A DNA stretch of 64,000 nt from Rhynchobatus australiae (taxonomy: Eukaryota): NCBI GenBank assembly GCA_034780895.1, contig JAUZTB010000118.1, positions 55,792,457 to 55,856,456 on the forward strand, in the 5' to 3' direction. Every line of letters begins with the position of its first letter. Position 1 is the first letter of the stretch. Below, piece after piece: positions 54,605 to 64,000 of the stretch. The notes beneath the pieces are model-generated. The model ran no database searches and was not told the origin of the DNA. It saw only the letters and a program-made list of their open reading frames with translations. The translations under genes and the position numbers were made by a program.

Positions 54605-55877
54605 CTGTGAAAGAAACAATGAGATTCTTAATTAATTTCACATTATTTCAACATCCTTGTTGCATATACAAAAGTAAAGGGTATTTCAAAATCCAAAGAG
54701 TTTTTTCTCATTTTCTTCCTGTTACTCTCCTCCTGTCCCAAATACATTGAACTCCATATATGTGCAGTCTTACAGTATTTGAAACTCTCCACTGCCTCAT
54801 CCAAATAGGCATTCTTAACATGTGAGCCTTTGCAGTGTGGATTGCCAGACTTTTCAAGTATGCTGATCACACTGCCAAGCCTGATTCTGTTTTCAACTGT
54901 CCTTCATGCTCACTTTGTGTAAGGATTGATTAAAAACAAACAGCAGAAGGAACACTGTCTCATTCTTTACCTGGCTCCAGTCTGGTGACTTTAAGTCCAT
55001 TGTGCCTGGGCTCAGATTAACTAATTTAGTAGAGGATAGGATTTGAAGCTAGGAAGGTTTTGTGTTACATGGCAATCGAAAATATATATACAATTTCACC
55101 CAGCTGCAAGGTGTATACCTAAAGTACGTGGTGAACCAGTTATTTGCCTTCTTTTTCAGAAGAGAATGAGAATTCTATACTTTTGTCTTAGCATTTGCAG
55201 TCTGGAGCAATCTCATGATTAGAAAGTAAACCTACCCTACCACATAAAGGCAATTTCACATTGCTGTCTCATGGAACTGATTTCATCTGACCTTTGCTCT
55301 TCTCTTACTCAGTCACTTCTCCCCTATGTCAGTAATTTTTCCAATGCTCTTTCAATAGTTTCTAGCTCCAAGTCATACCCATCTTCCTTGCATTGTGAAC
55401 TTCAAAAAGTCTACACACTTTCATCCCCAAATCATGAATGCCAAAGGCCCTCTGCTTGTTCCTTGAATGGAGTTCCAACTAGTACCCATCTTCTATCACC
55501 CTCCAATGCCTGACTCAACTTGTTCTCACAATGAAAGAAATCACTGGCTCCATTTGCTTCCTGCGAGAGTCTCTGTGGGACTTTATCAAGTATACTGACC
55601 ACACAGCCAAGCAATATCTTTCTTTTTGTGTGATATTTGGTACATTATTTGTATCAATCCATCACAGGACCCCTCCTTCAGCTCATTTTTCTGGTACATT
55701 GATGATCATTATCATCCCATCTCCTGCTCTAAAACTGGAAAATGTTGACTGCTTGACTCCTAATTTTCATACTTCCCTCCCAATCTCATGATCAGACTCT
55801 GACTCCCCTCCCTCAACTTCTCATTCTCCACTTCAGGGGATAGGCTGGTAATCAACATATACTGTTAGCCCACCGGG

Positions 55878-56302
55878 ACAGCAGAGTTGTGTAGCTAGTA
55901 GAGCTGCTACATCACAGCTGCCNNNNNNNNNNNNNNNNNNNNNNNNNNNNNNNNNNNNNNNNNNNNNNNNNNNNNNNNNNNNNNNNNNNNNNNNNNNNNN
56001 NNNNNNNNNNNNNNNNNNNNNNTCCTGGCCCTCCTGTGCTGTCGGTGTGAAGTTTATACATTCTCCCTGTGACTTTGTGGCTTTGTCTGGACATTCTGGT
56101 TTAGTCTCACATCCCAAAGATGTGTAGTTGGTAAGTTAATTGGTCACTGTAAATTGTCCTCAGTGCATAAGTGAGCAGTTGAATCTGGGGGAAGTTGATG
56201 GGAATATGAGAAGAATAAAAATAGGATTAATATAAATGGGTGTTTGATGATTAGCCTGGATTTGGTGTGCTGAAGGGCCTGTTTCCATGTTGCATGACTC
56301 TA
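55878..56302 (+). mobile_element. tRNA-derived V-SINE (HE1-like)
   Basis: GTAGCTAGTAGAGCTGCT head, V-domain CTCACATCCCAAAGATGTG, tail GCTGAAGGGCCTGTTTCCATGTTGCATGACTCTA. Confidence 0.8.
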
Positions 56303-59300
56303 AAACTTCCCCCCAGTTTTCTAAGACAAAACCTGGGCAGACAATTCCACTTCCTGCACCAGATCTTCTCAACGGAGGATATAACTCGATCTAGTTGGTA
56401 GGAATCATGTCCAATCCTGCTCTCGCCTTCTACATTCAATGGACTACTTCCATCATTTCCAGTATCTCTAGCACAATAGCATCTCCAGATCTGTCCCTTT
56501 TCCACTTCTTTCAGTATTTTAAGAGGACCATTCTTAAAAGAGATTGTTGGTCTGAAATATTAATTCCACAGATATTGCCTGACCTGTTAGTTCTAGCATT
56601 TTTTATTTTATTTCACTTTTCAGATATCTGCAGAATTTAGCTTTTATTTTAAAATAGAACAGTTTAGAATGAAGCTCAGAATCTGACTATATTTTTGAAG
56701 TTGCTTCTAATTGGTTGATTATTTAGACAAGTGTGACCTGAGCCAAGTATCCTCTAGGCCAAACCACATTTGCTAGCTCTTGTACATAATAATAATGCCC
56801 AGCTTCATCCGTGGTCATTTCTAGAATAACACCAACATTTGCAGAGACATTTCATGCATGTTCTATTCTCTTCGCCAAGAAGAATAGTGGATTCCTCTGC
56901 AAGTGTTAGGTCAAAATTGGAAAGCTTTACATCACTTTTTGGATCCATGTCCTGGAATATAAATTTGTGGGCACCAAAGTTAAAAATAAAATCCCAAGTT
57001 ATTTGAAAATAAATCCAGAGCATCCCAGCTAGTTGAACCCAGTCTAGACTGATTTTTTTTTATGGAGCTGACAGAGAAGAATCTCAATGGTGCATGAAGC
57101 AGGTTAGAATATGAAATGGTTAGGAAGGAAGATGATAAAAATGAATGTTAAAACTAAAAATTAAATTAGCAAAGAATATTAAAAAAAAGTTTTCTACAGG
57201 CACACAAATAAAAGAAAAAGAATACAGATGAAGGACCGGACAGCTATTGACAGTAAAATGCTCGAAATATTAAATGATTACACCATATTTTGTTCTTGGT
57301 GCTCCTTGCTCATTCTCCCAGTCATAGTGATACCTAAGGGGAAGGCCTGCCAATTTTGATATCTGGGAATAAATGTCCAGAAATCCAGAAAAGTTTCCAG
57401 TTGTTGACACATCACTCCCTGTAGGTGTTAGATTGAAGGCACCAAATACTGGGAATCATTGAAATGGCCAATTGAATTCAATCACTAATATTTATGCAAG
57501 TTGCTGATATCACCTTTATATAGTACTGGTGGGGATTTCTTCATACTGCTGAACATAGTGCCTGGAATTCCAAGTTAGAAGCACTGTCATCAAATTAGTG
57601 TAATATTTGACTTACACATGTCTGCATAATTCTGTGGGTGTTAGTTGTGCACATGATAACACCTCACAAACATGACAGATAACATGACTCAGACTAAAAT
57701 ATGCAAGCCTGCGTGCATGTGTCCTATTTGAACGAATTTAGCATTTATAGTGCTGAACAACAGACATTAAATGCCAAATTTTCTTAGAAAATCAATTTTG
57801 TCTTACTTAATTGCAAGTAAACTTGCTGTGAGCAATATGCCAGGATTCAAAACAAGATAAATTCGGCTTCAATAGCATTTATGAATTAAACAAAATGCAC
57901 AATTTGAAATTAGCAAACGCAGTATAGTCACTGCCCACCTGTTAATTTCACTAAAAGGCCTCACTCTACTTGGAGGTTTGGAACTCACTTATGCAAGCAG
58001 GTGAACTGCAGACAAAAACTTGGAAAATGCTTGTTTTCATATGTCAGTTTAATTTTAATATGTTAACCAGAACTGAAGGAGACTCAGATAGTGATCCAGG
58101 AGAGAGCTTAATGCTGGGTGGTAGTGTTCCTCTTAATGGAAAAAGGCATTGTTTTCTTAGTACCCTTCAGGCCACTATAAGATTAGGCCCCTCAAAGAAG
58201 GTGCAGTAAGCCCACTTCTCTATTTGTACATCTAATTTTTAAATGTCTTTCACAACATATTGAAACAGACAAGCATTCTGACTGCTCACCTCACCTGAGG
58301 ACTCTCATTTGATAGCATCTGAAACGTCAGCATAAACAAAGCTGTTATTATCAAATCATGGCTGTAATATCAACAGTCCTCAAGAGGTTTTCACTATAAC
58401 AGTCCAGCAACATTCTGAAGGTCAGATGAAAGCATAGCTGATCTCCAACTCTTCCCCTGGGCTTTTCATTGCCTCCAGCTGTGTTCTGTGAGTTCCTGAG
58501 GTGAAGGGGTCGATACTATTCATATCTAGTCCCTCAGCTTTATGCCAATAATGGCACATCCTNNNNNNNNNNNNNNNNNNNNNNNNNNNNNNNNNNNNNN
58601 NNNNNNNNNNNNNNNNNNNNNNNNNNNNNNNNNNNNNNNNNNNNNNNNNNNNNNNNNNNNNNNNNNNNNNNNNNNNNNNNNNNNNNNNNNNNNNNNNNNN
58701 NNNNNNNNNNNNNNNNNNNNNNNNNNNNNNNNNNNNNNNNNNNNNNNNNNNNNNNNNNNNNNNNNNNNNNNNNNNNNNNNNNNNNNNNNNNNNNNNNNNN
58801 NNNNNNNNNNNNNNNNNNNNNNNNNNNNNNNNNNNNNNNNNNNNNNNNNNNNNNNNNNNNNNTACAAACCCCACCCCCAACTTATCAACTGACCTGCCAT
58901 CCCAATGCGAATCTTGTGCAAAATCAATGATCCCACCCTCTCCCTCTGACGACACCCTCAACAATCAATCCTCCCTCATCATCTCTACACCAAATACTTG
59001 CCAAGAGCCTTCTACCTAAATAATGGCCCTGAAAGGTAAGTATAATGAAAATATTTGGAAATGCTCTATTGGCAATATTTAATTTTAAGAACATTGATTC
59101 AAAGTGAGTGGTGCTGGCTCTTGATAATTATTTTACTTTTTATTTGTAGACAGGAGGAGGCTAATTATTATCGTTATTATTCCTTAATTATCCTTTAGAA
59201 GGTCATAATGAGCTGCCTTCTTGAACTGCTATTGGTGCGGGCACTCCCACAATGGAATTGCTCTTTTAATACAATTGATTGACTTCCTGGGCTCTTTCAA

Positions 59301-61449
59301 ATGGTGGTTAAAAGTCAACCACATTACTATTGATATCAAGAGCGCTCTGCCTTCAATTAGAAATGGAATAAATTGCCAGGTCACTGACTGATTTCATCAT
59401 TTTCATATAACAATATATTTAACACTCCATAACTACTAGTATTGGAAAACCTCCAAGTACTGAAGCACACAGACCAACTTTCTGAAATCAACGCATGCAT
59501 AGCATACTAATCAACAGGCACTTCCAGATCAGGTCGGACTAAATGACCTATAGCTTGAGGTTGTGAGCCATAATAACATAATGCAAATTGTGAAGACAGC
59601 TGTACTTCTGTTGAGCTGACAGCCCCAAGAGGTACTGTCTTGGACTGCTGGATTCCAGATTAAATTGCAGCACTCAAATAAAACAAGAGAGAACAATAAT
59701 CAGTCCTGCAAGTCAACTGCTTCTATTGTAAATTAAAACCAAATATTTTAATACACTTTAGATAGGCTAGATTACTTGTGAGTGCATCTCACCCATCACA
59801 ACCTAGAAGCAACATGGACTAACAATCCTCCCACTTGCAAGAACTTTCTACGAGACTACACAGTTGGCTGCAAAGCTGCTATCCATTTATCTCAGGTTGA
59901 TGGAGATATCAGAAGACTTTGATGTTCACTTGCTAAAAGAGCTCAGAAATTATATTTATAGAACAGCGAATCAGGCTAACATGAGGCAATATTTACATGT
60001 GTCCAGAATAACAGACTAATCAGAAAGATAAATTACCTCATAAGTATGTCACAATGCTAACTAAATTGTACTGTTCAGTACTGTGCAGGAGGAGCCTTTG
60101 TAAAATTCCTTATGTTTCACTGGCTATGTGTTTAGAAGCTTCTTTGAGATGTTACACTGAGTATTACAATCATGTTAAGATAACAATTGTAATTTTCATT
60201 TAAATGAATTGGATAACAGGCATTCGGCCACCTGGTGTGGTGTCTATAGCTGTAGACCAGCTGCACATGAACAGACTGAAATCCCTCAAGAGGCAGCAAG
60301 TATTGCAACACATGTCTCATCAAAACATCACGGGACACAAAATCAGTCCAATTTACTTGGATAAATGAGAAAAAAATAAAATAAAGGAAAACGGAAACCT
60401 AAACAATGAATGTTGAAAATCTGAGGTCAGTTAATATTTGTAATAAGAAAATTCAGATGGAGGTACGTTGGATACTATCAACAGAAAACCAGAGAAGCAG
60501 GTATATTTAAAAAAGTAGAGGAAAGACAAACCAAAAGACATTCTAGGGAAAAAGACGCAAGATCAAATTAGAGTTAAGTTGCAGAGGAGAGGGAATAACA
60601 GTGGTTAAAAATACTTCTTTATGTTAACTGAAAACCAAAGAGTCCTGTCTCTAATCTGTGTAGGCACTAGTCCATAGTACAAAACATCTCATAATTCAAG
60701 ACACATTGTCAGTGATTTGGCAGCTTCATTCATCAAAGTTATGAAAATGCCTCATGTGGGAAAAGAAAACATATCACTGGTGTACAACAAAATATTCTTC
60801 TGAGGATAAAATAGATTAGGTAGATTTTGCAAATTAACACTCCTAGCACAGTGCTTCTTGCAAGACAGCATGTATTGAAAATGCAGATTCTCCATCCATG
60901 GTGGAAAATCATACAAACTACTTGCAGCTCAATACTCGAATTTCTAACATGGATGGTCAACAAGTAAAGCTCTATGACAGGTGCACACGTGTAAATCATA
61001 CCATGAGGCACATTTGGGACAAAAATTTAGTATGTGTTTCGCCTATTTTTCCAAAGTGAAAAATATGCACATTGATGACAATTCATCACTGGATTGGCCC
61101 ACACTTTTACTTGGACCACTGCTAAAGTCAACTTGCCCAAGTTAATTTTTTGGCATTTGTGTGCCCACCGAAAAGAAAGCATTGNNNNNNNNNNNNNNNN
61201 NNNNNNNNNNNNNNNNNNNNNNNNNNNNNNNNNNNNNNAGCAGCAGTCCAGCCTGCTGTGCTTTGGATCCTACAGGAAACTAACAATAACTATACCAAGT
61301 CCAAGCTATTCCAAGCAATGAGTGTCAACAGTGAAAATTATTTAATTCCCAAACATGGATAGTTACATCTGGCTCAGTACAACATCATAAACTTCTTTAA
61401 AATAATTTGTACAAAGGCTACACAGAGACTTTATAATACCTGCAACATT

Positions 61450-61793
61450 AGAGTCATATAGTATGGAAATAGGTGCTTTGGTCCAAGTCCATGCTGACCA
61501 TCATCCATCCATTTACACTAATTTCCTATAATCTTGTTTTATTCTCCCACATTCCCATCAACTCACCCCAGGTTCAGCCATTCACCGGCAAACTAGGGGC
61601 AATTTATAGAGGCCAATCAACCTACCAATCCGCATGTTTTTGGGATGTGTGGCAAAACTGGAAAACCTAGATAAAATCCTCATGGTCACAGGGAGAACAA
61701 GCAAACTCCATGATGAGAAGTCTGGCAATCAGGATTGAACCCAGCTTGCTGGAGTTGTGAAGCAACTCCATTGGCTGCACCACTGTACTGTGC
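61450..61793 (-). mobile_element. tRNA-derived V-SINE (HE1-like)
   Basis: Reverse copy: GGATTGAACCC (B-box complement), TTTGGGATGTGTGGCAAAACTGGA, tail complement AGAGTCATATAGTATGGAAATAGG. Confidence 0.8.
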
Positions 61794-62471
61794 AAAAAAG
61801 TTCCAAGCATTGGTCACTGCTGAGGTTAAGGAAAGAGAATTGCTCCATAACCATCTGTGGAGCTAGTATGTGACTACCAGTGGCTTTAAAGAATTTGTAT
61901 CACTGCAGCGTGAGCCTGAAGACTGAGCAGATCAACTTTGAAGAAAGTCAGCATATGTGTTGTCATCTTGACAGTTACGTACAGTTCAGTAATATCACAA
62001 AACGTATATCTGGTACAGCTTAAAGTTCTTCACTGGTCTTTTTTTTAATCTGAAGTTCACTTTCAGTAACCTGTGAGCAGGAGATTTATGCATTTGGATC
62101 CTGGGCAAGGATGGGTTCATTGAACTGCCTGCTGTCAGTTACTACCTAGTTACATGTTCATAAGCTACAAGACAAAAAAAATTAGTGTGTAGCATCTAGT
62201 AACCAAGTATGCTTCTCCCTGGCCAATATTCGGCTCTGGTATTGCAAGCATGAAAACCTCTTGAACCAATTCTCCATGCTGTTGGATAAACCAGAAATGC
62301 CTTTTTTTGAATTTGTTTCTGTTGCATCAAGACTATCATGCACTGTCAGTTTATATCATCAGTCTGGGTGTGTTTTATGAATATATTGCAATGCAGATCA
62401 AGGCAGACAATAATGTCTTCTCAGTTTATAGTCTAAAGCAATTACATTTAGTCTTGGCAGGGCATTATAGC

Positions 62472-62575
62472 AATAAAAACAGAATATGCTGAAAATACCC
62501 AGCAGGTCAGGCCACATCAGTGCGAAGAGAAATTAAGTTAACATTTCAGGTCAAAAACCTTTCCTCAGAACTGGG
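62472..62575 (-). mobile_element. Penelope-like short element carrying a near-intact minimal hammerhead
   Basis: Family arm AATAAAAACAGAATATGCTGAAAATACCCAGCAGGTCAGG adjoining the ribozyme motif. Confidence 0.72.
62536..62572 (-). ncRNA. Minimal type-I hammerhead ribozyme motif (activity unproven)
   Basis: AGTT-CTGAGGA-A-AGGT(TTTTG)ACCT-GAAA-TG-TT-AACT: stem I AGTT/AACT, CUGANGA box, stem II, GAAA box, GUU triplet. Confidence 0.6.
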
Positions 62576-62747
62576 TTTTGGTCAACAGCTTATCAAGGGC
62601 AAGCAAAGAAACAGAAATCACTGAGGATGAATAAGGCAAGAGAGACAGATGGAAATCACTTAGAGAGCAGAACACAGCTTGTTCAGGTTAGGCATTCCTG
62701 GGAGAGTAGTGGCAATAAATTCAATAAGTAAATAAAAGTCAATAATA

Positions 62748-62948
62748 CTCCAGACGCTGGAAATCTAAAATAAAAACAGAAAATGCTAGAGATACTATAC
62801 TCAGGTCAGGTTGCATCTNNNNNNNNNNNNNNNNNNNNNNNNNNNNNNNNNNNNNNNNNNNNNNNNNNNNNNNNNNNNNNNNNNNNNNNNNNNNNNNNNN
62901 NNNNNNNNNNNNNNNNNNGGAAAGAGAAACAGAGTTAACACTTCAGAG
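62748..62948. mobile_element. Penelope-like short element, spans an N-gap
   Basis: CAGACGCTGGAAATCTAAAATAAAAACAGAAAATGCT..GGAAAGAGAAACAGAGTTAACA. Confidence 0.65.
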
Positions 62949-63863
62949 AAGTAAGCTTCATAGAATTAAGCTTCCATTTTCACTTGAGCCCTGATGCCAT
63001 AAAGTTTGTTGATCTCGACTGGATGCTATTCACTTTCAACTAATGTAGTTACCATTTCATAAAGGGCAGAGCAAGTCCAGTGGGAGTGAAACACAATGCA
63101 TCATATCTGGCCATGAATTTCCTTCAAATTAAATCCAAAATGAATCAGAACCCAATTACCAAGTTTAATTTATTTTCACTATTAGGCAAAATATTAATGC
63201 CTTATATGAATGGCACACACTTTGATGTATTAATCACTCAGTGCACTGCAGGTCAACAAATAGTTGAATTCAGCAGCAGACAAGGCCCAAGGCATTGGGG
63301 CATGATGTTGTTATCAGACTGAAATTCTAAGTGCAAAAACAGATCAGTGATTGGTTGGTTAATGCTGAAAATATAAGAGGAAGCATTGAGCTTGGAGGCT
63401 GGTTGAGGAATAGGAGTGAGGGGCTGATCGTGGAATAAGTCCCAGAGGTCAGAAGAGGGATCAGAATGAACATCACCTGCAGGGCATTGGTAGCTGTTGA
63501 ACAAGCAGGTAATTAGTTTTGGAGAAGAAAAAAAAATCAGATTATTGGATTGGTAGGTAGACAGTGAGGAGTCAGGGGATGGGGGAAGGGGGAAAGATTG
63601 GGCAAAGTTTCAGTTTGCATAGTTGGGGAACAGGCAGGGGATTGGTGGGAGCTTCTACCTATTGGGGGCAGTACCTGAGTGATACCAGATAAAATCATTA
63701 CTTGAGGGGGAGATTCCTGATGCTGGTCTCCAGTACCAGGATCATTTTAATGCTGCGTAAAGTAACACAGAAGGGCTGCGAAATCCTGTTTTTCTATGAG
63801 TAGTCAGTGAATGTGGGTGAAAATCTTGTCCAGTATGTCCAGTGATATGCTACATGGCACTGT

Positions 63864-64000
63864 TAGGGTGAATACACTCAGACTTTTTCCCCAGGGTGGA
63901 GGAATCAAGAACTAGAGGGCAAAGGTTAAAGGTGAGTGGGGAAAGATTTAACAGGAACTTGAGAGACAACTTTTTTTTTACACAGAGCGTGGTGCCAATA
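63864..64000 (+). mobile_element. CR1 LINE ORF2 C-terminal fragment
   Basis: CTTTTTCCCCAGGGTGGAGGAATCAAGAACTAGAGGGC encodes LFPRVEESRTRG; CR1 C-terminal signature, runs off the window end. Confidence 0.8.

Noticed and set aside
63470-63505. FNSYQCPA followed by a GT donor-like site, considered as an upstream fibrillin exon
   Set aside because: No six-cysteine EGF spacing and no acceptor in the right place; the cbEGF2 exon is probably outside the window.
1-64000. Prokaryote-style systems such as operons, CRISPR arrays or defence islands
   Set aside because: The window is spliced vertebrate gene sequence with no long ORFs or regularly spaced repeats.

Overview
AT-rich vertebrate genomic DNA from a gappy draft assembly. 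The repeat content suggests a cartilaginous fish, probably a ray or shark (inference). The window lies inside one large minus-strand fibrillin gene, best matching fibrillin-2 (FBN2). I traced 24 coding exons from 54604 down to 1285. All have AG/GT boundaries, phase-1 introns and lengths divisible by 3. They encode TB1, the hinge region, EGF4, cbEGF3-4, cbEGF6, TB2, cbEGF8-9, hybrid 2, cbEGF10, TB3 (with RGD) and cbEGF11-20. The cbEGF5 and cbEGF7 exons are not visible and probably lie in N-gaps. Both ends of the gene are outside the window. Introns contain CR1 and other LINE relics, tRNA-derived V-SINE and Deu-SINE copies, and about a dozen copies of a short inverted-repeat element carrying minimal type-I hammerhead-ribozyme motifs typical of Penelope-like elements. 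Most notable: (1) that element family, including a near-intact hammerhead in the sense of the pre-mRNA and a copy with a 9-bp target-site duplication; (2) a hinge exon that is Arg/Pro-rich instead of Gly-rich. Comparisons with human fibrillins and repeat families are from memory, not database searches. Repeat boundaries are approximate.
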